A DNA stretch of 52,262 nucleotides from an uncultured Alphaproteobacteria bacterium (GTDB lineage: Bacteria > Pseudomonadota > Alphaproteobacteria > HIMB59 > GCA-002718135), in assembly GCA_902619045.1 (NCBI GenBank), contig CACNCX010000002.1, positions 1-52,262 on the forward strand, read 5' to 3'. Below, one piece after another: positions 18,870 to 27,247 of this stretch. The notes under the pieces are model-generated. The model searched no databases, was not told where the DNA came from, and was given only the letters and a program-made list of their open reading frames with translations. The position numbers and the translations under genes are program-made. The stretch's first letter is position 1; each line of letters starts with the position of its first letter.

Positions 18870-18895
18870 TATTCAATAATTTGAATAATATTCAA
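18870..18895. promoter_or_regulatory. triple half-site array with the same TTGAATA/TATTCAA motif, candidate operator
   Basis: TATTCAA-taat-TTGAATA-a-TATTCAA, in the 89-nt divergent spacer between 17736..18833(-) and 18923..19894(+). Confidence 0.5.
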
Positions 18896-18922
18896 AAAAA
18901 ATGAATAAAATATCATAAAGAT

Positions 18923-19894
18923 ATGTCAATTAATATTACTACAAGATTAGCAAAATTTGAGGAACTTATTCCAAGTACTATTCCTTTTGTAGAAGGAAAA
19001 TTAAAGGGACATCAAGATAGGAAAAATTATTCTGTTATAGGCCCAGGTGTTAGTGAAGATGCTAAACAAAATGTTAAAATAGCTGAAGCGCATGGCTTCA
19101 ATATTGGAGCTGTAAGTGCCGCTCCAATGAACGGTTCTGGATTACATAGCCATACAACTGCTGAAGTATTTATAATTCATTCTGGTGCTTGGCGTTTCTA
19201 TTGGGGAGTTGATGGCACAGAAGGAGAGGTAATACTTAGAAAAGGTGATATTGCTTCTTTCCCTACAAATATGTTTAGAGGTTTTCAAAATGTAAGCAAA
19301 GAAGAAGCGTTAATGTTTGTAGTTTTAGGTGAAAATGATCCAGGTGTAATCACTTGGACTCCAAAACTTTTAAAAGATGCAAAAGATTCTGGTATGGTAT
19401 TAATGAATGATAATTCTTTAGTAGATACAGAAAAACAGAAAATTACTGATGAAACTAAAATTATTCAACCATTAAAAGAAGATGAATTAAAGAGTTTTGA
19501 TCATTATTCCTCAGAAGATATAGAAAACTTTGTCATTCGATTTGATGAAAAAGATAAATACTTTGTTGATGATGAACACTATCAATCCAATAAAATTATC
19601 AATTACCTTGATCAATTTAATATTCATAATAAATCATTTATTCCAAACATACCGCATTTAACAGGATTTAGCCTTTCACTTCTGCATGGAAAAAATGCCC
19701 ATATACATGAATACAAATTTGAGAAATCAGAAGTATATCATTGTTTATCTGGTGAATGGGAAATAGATTGTGATGGAGAGAAAGTAGTAATTAAGGACAA
19801 GGATACTTTTTCAGTACCAAAAAACTCATCACGATCAATTAAGCAGATAAGTGATGAGGATGGAAATTTATTTATTATAAGACAAACAAATTAA
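18923..19894 (+). CDS. bicupin-domain protein (putative metalloenzyme)
   Basis: 323 aa. The first cupin motif is GSGLHSHTTAEVFIIHSGAWRF...GDIASFP. The second, degenerate cupin is HGKNAHIHEYKFEKSEVYHCLSGEWEI...DTFSVP. Confidence 0.7.
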   Translation: MSINITTRLAKFEELIPSTIPFVEGKLKGHQDRKNYSVIGPGVSEDAKQNVKIAEAHGFNIGAVSAAPMNGSGLHSHTTAEVFIIHSGAWRFYWGVDGTEGEVILRKGDIASFPTNMFRGFQNVSKEEALMFVVLGENDPGVITWTPKLLKDAKDSGMVLMNDNSLVDTEKQKITDETKIIQPLKEDELKSFDHYSSEDIENFVIRFDEKDKYFVDDEHYQSNKIINYLDQFNIHNKSFIPNIPHLTGFSLSLLHGKNAHIHEYKFEKSEVYHCLSGEWEIDCDGEKVVIKDKDTFSVPKNSSRSIKQISDEDGNLFIIRQTN

Positions 19895-19906
19895 GAATTC
19901 AGTTAT

Positions 19907-20881
19907 ATGAAAGGTTTTAATAACAAGTTTGAAAATCTTCCAGATTATATTCTAAAAATAACTCATCAGATATGGGAAGAAAAAGATGTTAACTCAATTA
20001 TGGAATATTATGCTGAAAATATTCCTGTTAGATCACCTATGGGAATCATTTATGGACCTAATACAGTAGTTGATGCAACTAATGCAACTTTAGACGAATT
20101 TCCAGATAGGCAATTATTAGGTGAAGATGTAATTTGGATTGGTAACGAAGATGAAGGGTTTTTATCTTCTCATAGAATTCTTAGTAAAGCCACTCATGTA
20201 AAAGATGGTTTATATGGTAAAGCAACAAATAAAAAACTTGTATACAGAGTCATTGCTGACTGCGCTTGTAAGAATAATCAAGTTTATGATGAATGGTTAG
20301 TTAGAGATCAAGGCGCAATTGTTAGACAGCTAGAAATAGATCCAAAAAAATATGCAGCAATTTTAATAAAGCAAGAAGGTGGAATAAAGAATTGCATTAA
20401 ACCATTTGATAAGAATTCATCTCAAGAATCAAGTTATACACCACCAATTTTATCAAAAAATAATATAGCTGATCAATATGCAGAAAATTTAGAAAACATT
20501 CTTAATATTAATTTTAAATCTACAATTGAAAAAAATTATGACAGATCAGTTCAACAATTTCAACCAGGAGGTTTTGTTTGTTATGGTATCGATGATGTAA
20601 CAAATTTCTGGCTAAATTTAAGACAATCTTTCCCAGATGCTCTTTTTAGAATAGAACATAAAAGTTTTACTGTAGAAGAAAATCAACCAAAAAAAGTTGC
20701 TATACGCTGGTCTTTAGTTGGGAAGCACAGTGGGAATGGTATATTTGGGCAAGCTTCTAATTCTGAGATTTATATTATGGGAATTAATCATGCCGAAATA
20801 GGACCAAGAGGTATAAAGAACGAATGGGTTTTATTTGATGAAACTGCAATTTGGAAACAAATCTTGATAAAAACAGGTTAA
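19907..20881 (+). CDS. tandem NTF2-like (SnoaL/ester-cyclase-like) protein, distinct subfamily
   Basis: 324 aa. The N-terminal half has ITHQIWEEKDVNSIMEYYAENIPVRSPMG...QVYDEWLVRD and the C-terminal half has YDRSVQQFQPGG...IRWSLVGKHSGNGIFG...NEWVLFDE. Both halves have SnoaL-like signatures. Confidence 0.6.
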   Translation: MKGFNNKFENLPDYILKITHQIWEEKDVNSIMEYYAENIPVRSPMGIIYGPNTVVDATNATLDEFPDRQLLGEDVIWIGNEDEGFLSSHRILSKATHVKDGLYGKATNKKLVYRVIADCACKNNQVYDEWLVRDQGAIVRQLEIDPKKYAAILIKQEGGIKNCIKPFDKNSSQESSYTPPILSKNNIADQYAENLENILNINFKSTIEKNYDRSVQQFQPGGFVCYGIDDVTNFWLNLRQSFPDALFRIEHKSFTVEENQPKKVAIRWSLVGKHSGNGIFGQASNSEIYIMGINHAEIGPRGIKNEWVLFDETAIWKQILIKTG

Positions 20882-20888
20882 TTAAAAA

Positions 20889-22016
20889 ATGTCTAAAATA
20901 TTAACTACACATGTAGGCAGCTTGCCTAGATCAAAAGGTCTTTCAGAAATTTTATTTTCTAAAGATCGGGGTGAAAAATTTATTAAAGAAGATTTTAATA
21001 ATATATTGAAAAAAAATGTTGAGACAATTGTTAAAAAACAGATCGAAGTTGGTATTGATTATATAAGTGACGGTGAAATGAGTAAAATAAGTTATGCAAC
21101 TTATATAAAAGATAGGATAGATGGTTTTTCTGGAGAAAGTGAAAGAAGAGCACCAGCTGATTTAGATGATTTTCCAGAGTATAAAGAAAAAATAGCTAAA
21201 AGTGGGGGTACACCAACGTATAGCAGACCGTGTTGTACTAATGCATTAAAAATCAAAGATAAAGATTCATTAAATAAAGACTTAGAGAATTTTAAAAATT
21301 CATTAGATAAAAACAATCATCAAAAAGCATTTATGAATGCTGCATCACCAGGTGTCATAAATGTATTTATGCCAAATAGGTTTTATAAAACAGATGATGA
21401 ATATTTACATAAACTTTCAGAAATTATGGCTATTGAGTATGAGACAATTACTAAATCAAATATACAAGTGCAATTAGATTGTCCTGATCTTGCATTAGCT
21501 AGACATATGAATTTTAAGGAATTATCTGAACAAGAATTTTTAAAACGTGCGGAAATTCAAATTGAGTGTTTGAATGAAGCTTTAACTAATGTAGATGTTA
21601 ATATGACTAGAATGCATATTTGTTGGGGAAACTATGAAGGACCTCATACACATGATATCCCACTAGAAAAAATATTACCAATAATTTTAAAATCTAAAAT
21701 TAAATATTTTTTAATTGAGTCATCAAATCCCAGACACGCACATGAGTGGAAAGTTTTTCAAGATATTAAATTACCAAAAGATAAAGTTTTAGTTCCTGGT
21801 GTTATCGATTCAACATCAAATTTTGTTGAGCACCCTGAGGTTGTAGCAGATAGATTAATTCAGTTTTCAACGGTAATTCCAAAAGATCAACTAATGGCTG
21901 GAACTGATTGCGGATTTAGTACTTTTGCAGGATTTGGCAAAATTGATGAAAATATTTGTTATGAAAAACTTCATTCTTTAGTTGAAGGAACTAAATTAGC
22001 AAACAAAGTTATATAA
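20889..22016 (+). CDS. cobalamin-independent methionine-synthase-like (MetE C-terminal domain/COG0620) protein
   Basis: 375 aa with N-terminal TTHVGSLPRS and putative Zn ligands in HICWGNY and GTDCGFS, as in the MetE catalytic domain. Confidence 0.75.
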   Translation: MSKILTTHVGSLPRSKGLSEILFSKDRGEKFIKEDFNNILKKNVETIVKKQIEVGIDYISDGEMSKISYATYIKDRIDGFSGESERRAPADLDDFPEYKEKIAKSGGTPTYSRPCCTNALKIKDKDSLNKDLENFKNSLDKNNHQKAFMNAASPGVINVFMPNRFYKTDDEYLHKLSEIMAIEYETITKSNIQVQLDCPDLALARHMNFKELSEQEFLKRAEIQIECLNEALTNVDVNMTRMHICWGNYEGPHTHDIPLEKILPIILKSKIKYFLIESSNPRHAHEWKVFQDIKLPKDKVLVPGVIDSTSNFVEHPEVVADRLIQFSTVIPKDQLMAGTDCGFSTFAGFGKIDENICYEKLHSLVEGTKLANKVI

Positions 22017-22017
22017 T

Positions 22018-23016
22018 TTATCTAGATGTTTTTCTTTTTATTAACGTTCCTTGGATTAAATGACTAACGGCCTCATAATCTGGATCTTTAATATTATCAT
22101 TAATAAGTTGAGTTACTAATTTTGACATTTGTCTCAAGGGCTGTTTTACAGTACTTAAATTGTAAGATGACCAGTTTGCCATTGAGATGTCGTCATATCC
22201 AAATATTTCAATATCTTTAGGTATTTCAATTTTTGTATTTTTTTTAATGTAATCTAAACATCCAAATGCCATCGTATCATCTGCACAAAAAATAGCTGAG
22301 ATTTTTTTATTCGTTAAGATTTTTGCTGTTGCAGCATATCCACCTTCATATGTAAAATTTCCTTTTTGAGAGTATAATTTTAATTTTTTTGATTTTTTTA
22401 ATTTATTTTTAAATCCTTTACATCTTTCATTACTTACATAAGACCCTGTGGGACCTTCAATTAAACCAACTTCCTGATGGTTATTTTTGATTATTTGATC
22501 TGCAATTAATTCACCACCAAATCTATGATTACATGCAACTGAACTTATAGTAGGGATATCCCAAGCTCTATTATAGGCTATAATTTGAATCTTTTTATTT
22601 AAGCAATTTTCAACAAATTGATCTGTTGGTTTAGTTGCTGAAATTATTGCAACTAATCTTTCTTTCAAATATGGCTGAATGAGCTTATCGTCTAATTCTT
22701 CACCATCATCAGTTGTTATCAATAAAATTCTAAAACCCGATAAACGTAGCGCTTCATGCAATTCAGTTAATACCTCTGGATAAAATCGATTGGTTATATA
22801 AGGTAAAATAACTCCCACTAGTCCACTATCTTCAATATTTTGAGAATCTTGCAAAAAAGTTTGAGGTTTATATTTTAGTTTTTTGGCAGCTTCAAGAACC
22901 CTTAGTTTTGTCCTGCTTGAGATGCTTGCACCTTTAGTAAAACATCTTGAAACAGCTGATTGAGATACTCCTGCTAATTTTGCGACATCTTGGGATGTGG
23001 CATTTTTATTCATCAT
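22018..23016 (-). CDS. LacI-family transcriptional regulator
   Basis: HTH ATSQDVAKLAGVSQSAVSRCF followed by a periplasmic-binding-protein-like sugar-binding fold. The ORF is open to 23058, but ATG 23016 has an AAGGAA Shine-Dalgarno 5 nt upstream. The 16-bp palindrome at 23043-23058 would otherwise fall inside the coding sequence. Confidence 0.85.
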   Translation of the reverse strand: MMNKNATSQDVAKLAGVSQSAVSRCFTKGASISSRTKLRVLEAAKKLKYKPQTFLQDSQNIEDSGLVGVILPYITNRFYPEVLTELHEALRLSGFRILLITTDDGEELDDKLIQPYLKERLVAIISATKPTDQFVENCLNKKIQIIAYNRAWDIPTISSVACNHRFGGELIADQIIKNNHQEVGLIEGPTGSYVSNERCKGFKNKLKKSKKLKLYSQKGNFTYEGGYAATAKILTNKKISAIFCADDTMAFGCLDYIKKNTKIEIPKDIEIFGYDDISMANWSSYNLSTVKQPLRQMSKLVTQLINDNIKDPDYEAVSHLIQGTLIKRKTSR

Positions 23017-23042
23017 TTTTCCTTTTTTATGTATGCAAATGC

Positions 23043-23058
23043 TTGAATAATTATTCAA
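23043..23058. promoter_or_regulatory. perfect 16-bp palindrome, candidate LacI-family operator in the lacI/SBP divergent promoter
   Basis: TTGAATAATTATTCAA, flanked by ATGCAA (23033-23038) and TTGCAT (23063-23068). It lies 27 nt upstream of the LacI ATG 23016 and 58 nt upstream of the SBP ATG 23117. Confidence 0.6.
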
Positions 23059-23116
23059 ACTGTTGCATTAATAAAATATTATAAATTAATATATTAATAA
23101 ATTATAGGGGAAACAA

Positions 23117-24331
23117 ATGAAAAAAATACTAGTATTATTTTCGATTTTCACATCATTTTTTTTCTTAGCCGGTACTAATGCAAAAGCTTGCGAGCTAAAC
23201 AATTCTGTACCAGTAACTTCTTTATCTGCAGGATTTGATGCCTGGAAAGTTGTTACTTCTGCTATGGAAGAGTGTGGAAATTTTACACCTACACTTGATC
23301 AAGAATACAGAGATAAGCTTGTTGCATCATTAGAAAGCAACCCATCTCAATTTACAATGGCAGGTGTTTCAGCTTCTACAAATGTATCGGTTCTTGATGC
23401 TGGTGTAACTAGACCACTTGACGATCTAGTTGCTAAATATGGAGACTCTCTACAAGATAATCAAAAAATTGTAATTGATGGAAAAATTATGGCAATTGCA
23501 ATGATGACAAATGCTCAACATTTATTTTACAGAGAAGATATTTTGAGTGATCTTGGTATAGATATTCCAACAACTTATGACGAGCTTTTGAAAGCTGCTA
23601 AAGTTATTAAAGATGCTGGAGTTGTAGATTATCCACTTGGTGGAACATTCAAGTCAGGTTGGAATTTAGGAGAAGAATTTGTAAATATGTATTTGGGTTT
23701 TGCTGATTCTTTTTTTGATGGAAATATGCCAGCAGTTAATAATAACGATGGCTATGAAACACTTAAGATGATGAAAAAACTAACAGAATATATGGATCCT
23801 GAGTATTTAACTTCAGATTCTACATATGTTCAACAACAATTCCAACAGGGTAAGATTGCTCTTGCAAACCTTTGGGCGTCTCGAGCTGGTGCTATGGACA
23901 ATGCAGAGGAGTCAACAGTTGTTGGATTAGTAAAGTTTGCATCAGCGCCTAAAGCAAAAAAGAATGGTAAACCAGCATCTACATTATGGTGGGATGGTGT
24001 TGTTATAGCTAAAAATGTTACTGATGAAGAAGCAGAAGCAGCATTTAAACTAGCTATGGTTGGATTAGATCCAGCAAACTTAGGAGCGAACCCTGAAGCT
24101 GCTCCTTGGCTGTCTAATGCGTTTGATCCAGCTCCATCAAATATTGGTGCAATTTTAACTGCAAAATCTGGAGCAGCTCCTTATCCTGCATCAGCAAAAA
24201 TGAGCACACTCCATGGAGTCTTAGGTGCTGCTATTGGTGATTATTTGACTGGGGCAGCTACTGCAAAAGCTACTCTAGAAAAAATTGAGGCTGATTATAT
24301 TACTGCAGCAACAGAAAAAGGTCTCTTATAA
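23117..24331 (+). CDS. ABC transporter substrate-binding protein, family 1 (CUT1 sugar/polyol type)
   Basis: 404 aa with a signal peptide MKKILVLFSIFTSFFFLAGTNAKA, followed by two CUT1-type permease genes. It has higher GC and Ala/Gly content than its neighbours. Confidence 0.85.
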   Translation: MKKILVLFSIFTSFFFLAGTNAKACELNNSVPVTSLSAGFDAWKVVTSAMEECGNFTPTLDQEYRDKLVASLESNPSQFTMAGVSASTNVSVLDAGVTRPLDDLVAKYGDSLQDNQKIVIDGKIMAIAMMTNAQHLFYREDILSDLGIDIPTTYDELLKAAKVIKDAGVVDYPLGGTFKSGWNLGEEFVNMYLGFADSFFDGNMPAVNNNDGYETLKMMKKLTEYMDPEYLTSDSTYVQQQFQQGKIALANLWASRAGAMDNAEESTVVGLVKFASAPKAKKNGKPASTLWWDGVVIAKNVTDEEAEAAFKLAMVGLDPANLGANPEAAPWLSNAFDPAPSNIGAILTAKSGAAPYPASAKMSTLHGVLGAAIGDYLTGAATAKATLEKIEADYITAATEKGLL

Positions 24332-24348
24332 TTTTATATAATTGTATA

Positions 24349-24380
24349 TTACTCCCCTTTTAAAATCTTAAGGGGGGTAA
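24349..24380 (+). promoter_or_regulatory. intercistronic stem-loop after the SBP gene that includes the permease Shine-Dalgarno
   Basis: TTACTCCCCTT (24349-24359) pairs with AAGGGGGGTAA (24370-24380), giving 11 bp with one G-U and a 10-nt loop. No U-tract follows. The G-rich 3' arm sits 10-20 nt before ATG 24390. Confidence 0.55.
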
Positions 24381-24389
24381 TATTAGTAA

Positions 24390-25409
24390 ATGAAAAAATC
24401 TACTTTTTTAGTTTTTACAATGCCATCATTTATAATGATGACATTATTTATTGCCTTACCTCTTCTAATAGTTTTAATTCAAAGTTTTCAATTCAACCAA
24501 GATGTATTAGAAACGATTGAAAGAGAAAATTGCGATCCTTTTGGATGTAAAACAGAAACAATTACCGTTCCTGTATTAGATGAAAATGGAAATAAAATAA
24601 AAAATAATATTTGGGTAGGCTTTCAAAATTATAAAAATATTTTGAAATTTGAACAATTATCATCTGTTATTTCAAATGATGGTTTTGAATGGAGTAAAAT
24701 AAGATCTATTGATTTTTATAAAGCTCTAAGGTTTACACTAACATTTACATTTATTACTTTACCATTTGTAATAATCTTAGGTTTAATATTAGCTCTATGC
24801 GTTAATGTTTTAATTAATAGATTGAAAGGTCCAATAATTTTTATAACCTTGCTCCCATTTATAATTACACCTGTAATAGGTGCTTTATCAATAAAATGGT
24901 TATTTATAGGAGATGGTATATTAACTTTATTTTTAGAAAATATTTTAGATAAAGATATTGCCCTATTTTCTCAAGGCTGGACGATAGAGATTCTAATGCT
25001 TTTTTATAGAGTTTGGCACACTATACCTTTTGCCTTTGTTATTTTTTATGCAGGACTACAAACTGTCGATAAAGAAAAAATTGAGGCAGCATTTGTAGAT
25101 GGGGCAAATAGACTTCAGCGTTTAAGATTTATTATAATTCCGCATATCATGCCATTAATAGTATTTGTTGCTTTAATTCATTTAATGGATTCATATCGAG
25201 TTTTTGATGAAATTGTTGGTTTTAGTGCTTCTGGATTTAGGATTTCATTACAATGGATGACTTATGATTTCTTGAGAATTGATGATTCTGGAACAAGATC
25301 TATTGGAAGAGCATCAGCTACTTCTGTTCTTACAATGATAGGAATTATAATAATATTAATTCCAGTTTTAAGAAGAACTTTTAAAGAGCAAAAAGAAAAA
25401 AGATTATAA
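24390..25409 (+). CDS. ABC transporter permease (MalF/UgpA-like)
   Basis: 339-aa multi-TM protein with an EAA-loop-like EAAFVDGANRLQRLRFIIIPHIMP. Confidence 0.85.
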   Translation: MKKSTFLVFTMPSFIMMTLFIALPLLIVLIQSFQFNQDVLETIERENCDPFGCKTETITVPVLDENGNKIKNNIWVGFQNYKNILKFEQLSSVISNDGFEWSKIRSIDFYKALRFTLTFTFITLPFVIILGLILALCVNVLINRLKGPIIFITLLPFIITPVIGALSIKWLFIGDGILTLFLENILDKDIALFSQGWTIEILMLFYRVWHTIPFAFVIFYAGLQTVDKEKIEAAFVDGANRLQRLRFIIIPHIMPLIVFVALIHLMDSYRVFDEIVGFSASGFRISLQWMTYDFLRIDDSGTRSIGRASATSVLTMIGIIIILIPVLRRTFKEQKEKRL

Positions 25410-25786
25410 TGGAAAGTAAACTTTTTAACTTAACCACGCCTCTTAAAATTATTGTTTCAATTACAATAATTACGTGGTGTATAATTGCTTTATTCCCTCT
25501 CTTATGGATTGTTGTAATGTCAATAAAACTTCCTGTTGATTCTTTTGCTTCCAATCCTTTAAAGGTAATAATTGGTCCAAGCACAAAAGAACAGGTTGGA
25601 GGTCTATCTTTTGTTAACTTTATTTTTCTTTTTCTATCAATTTTTTTGTTTTATAAATTATACCAAATAAGAAAAATTTTATTTGATTTAATTAATCCTA
25701 TTTTAAAATTTTCTTTAATTACTTTTTTCATTTTATTCATTATATATAACTATTTCCTTCATATTATTTTTTTTAATTCAAAATAA
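25409..25786 (+). CDS. ABC transporter permease (MalG/UgpE-like), N-terminal fragment of a frameshifted gene
   Basis: Shares one nucleotide with the upstream permease gene. ALFPLLWIVVMSIKLP is the typical MalG-type first TM and loop start. The frame ends at TAA 25784-25786 just after a T8 run, and the remainder of the gene continues in another frame (see findings). Confidence 0.6.
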   Translation: MESKLFNLTTPLKIIVSITIITWCIIALFPLLWIVVMSIKLPVDSFASNPLKVIIGPSTKEQVGGLSFVNFIFLFLSIFLFYKLYQIRKILFDLINPILKFSLITFFILFIIYNYFLHIIFFNSK

Positions 25787-25925
25787 TTTATCTGAATTTG
25801 TAAATATATTATTTTCAAATTTAGAATTCTTAAAAATTTTTTCTTACCCAATCATAGGTTTTACTCCTCAGCATTATTTATCTGTTTGGGTTGGTAATGA
25901 ATTTTATAAACAATTCTTAAATACT

Positions 25926-26540
25926 ATGATTGTAACAGGTGGGGTTGTTACAATTTCATTAACTGTTGGAACACTAGCTGGTTATGGATTAGCAAGAAGT
26001 AATTCTATGATTGCCTTTTGGCTTTTAATTTTTGCTTTAATTTTTAGAGCCTTACCTCATTCTGTTTTGGTAACTGGTTATTTAGAACCTTTTATAAATT
26101 ATGGATTATATGGAAAAAAAATTGCTGTTATTGTTTTGTTAGTAGCTATTAACCAACCTTTTACAATATGGATGCTGAGATCATTTTTTATGAATATACC
26201 TCAAGATTTAGATGAAGCTGCTCAAATTGATGGATGTAATCCTTTTCAAGCTTTCTGGAAAGTTGTGATGCCTTTAATGTGGCCAGGTGTAATTACAACA
26301 GGATTATTTTCTTTCTTGTTAGCTTATAATGATTATCTTGTTGCAGCATTATTATTAGATGGACAATCACAAACTATGGTTCCAGCAATTATGCAATATT
26401 TTAATATGGAAACTAAAATGACAGATTTAGTTGAGTCAATTGCTGCTGCTGCATCAATTACCGCACCATTGTTTTTGTTAGTGATGTTTTTCCAAAAACA
26501 AATAGTGTCTGGTTTAACTCAAGGTGCAGTAAAGGGTTAA
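25926..26540 (+). CDS. ABC transporter permease (MalG/UgpE-like), C-terminal fragment
   Basis: EAA loop DLDEAAQIDGCNPFQAFWKVVMP. The frame is actually open from 25719 and encodes the conserved FTPQHY...F.NT segment upstream of the listed ATG, so this is not an independent gene. Confidence 0.7.
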   Translation: MIVTGGVVTISLTVGTLAGYGLARSNSMIAFWLLIFALIFRALPHSVLVTGYLEPFINYGLYGKKIAVIVLLVAINQPFTIWMLRSFFMNIPQDLDEAAQIDGCNPFQAFWKVVMPLMWPGVITTGLFSFLLAYNDYLVAALLLDGQSQTMVPAIMQYFNMETKMTDLVESIAAAASITAPLFLLVMFFQKQIVSGLTQGAVKG

Positions 26541-26574
26541 CAATAATATGATAATTATTTATTAAAATTATAAG

Positions 26575-27234
26575 ATGAAATACAAAGCATTACTTTTTGG
26601 ATCAATTGGAACACTGATTGAATCTTCTAATATCCAACGTAATTCATTTAACGAAGCCTTTAAAGAAGCTGGTTTAGATTGGTATTGGGACGAGCAAGAT
26701 TATAGAATTTTATTAAAAAAATCAGGTGGCACTAAGAGAGTAGAAGATTTTGCAGAAAAAAATAACATCAATGTTAATGCATCACAAATTAGAGATAGAA
26801 AAACAGAATTATTTAGTTCATTCATTATTCAAAACAAACAAAAATTAAGAGAAAGTGTTTATGAAATGATTAGATATACTAAAGATAATAATATTAAACT
26901 TGCATTCTCAACTTCTACAACTGTAAATAATGTAGAAGCTGTATTTGAAAGTCTTTCTAATCAAATTTCAAAAGCGGATTTTGATTTTATTGGAAATAGA
27001 TCATTTGTTAACAATGAAAAACCTCATCCAGAGATATATAAAGTAACACTAGAAAAATTAAATTTAAAACCTGAAGAATGTCTTGCAATTGAAGATACAG
27101 AGGAAAGTAGTAATGCCGCTGTTAATGCAAGTGTTAAATGTATTGCATTTCCAGGTGATTTTCACAAAGAAGATAAATTTGATATGTGCATCAAAAAAAT
27201 GAATTTATTAGATCAAACCATTTTTTCATTGTAA
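26575..27234 (+). CDS. HAD-superfamily (subfamily IA-like) protein lacking the canonical motif-I aspartates
   Basis: 219 aa with a cap-domain pattern and C-terminal motifs (STST; KPHPEIY; AIEDTEESSNAAVNASVKCIAF). Motif I reads LLFGSIGTL instead of hhhDxDGT. Confidence 0.65.
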   Translation: MKYKALLFGSIGTLIESSNIQRNSFNEAFKEAGLDWYWDEQDYRILLKKSGGTKRVEDFAEKNNINVNASQIRDRKTELFSSFIIQNKQKLRESVYEMIRYTKDNNIKLAFSTSTTVNNVEAVFESLSNQISKADFDFIGNRSFVNNEKPHPEIYKVTLEKLNLKPEECLAIEDTEESSNAAVNASVKCIAFPGDFHKEDKFDMCIKKMNLLDQTIFSL

Positions 27235-27247
27235 ATTATACGCATAA

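Noticed and set aside
23017-23058. Longer LacI start at 23058 (MNNYSSICIHKKGK...).
   Set aside because: The extension has no HTH function. The internal ATG 23016 has an AAGGAA Shine-Dalgarno, and the extension would place the perfect palindromic operator inside coding sequence.
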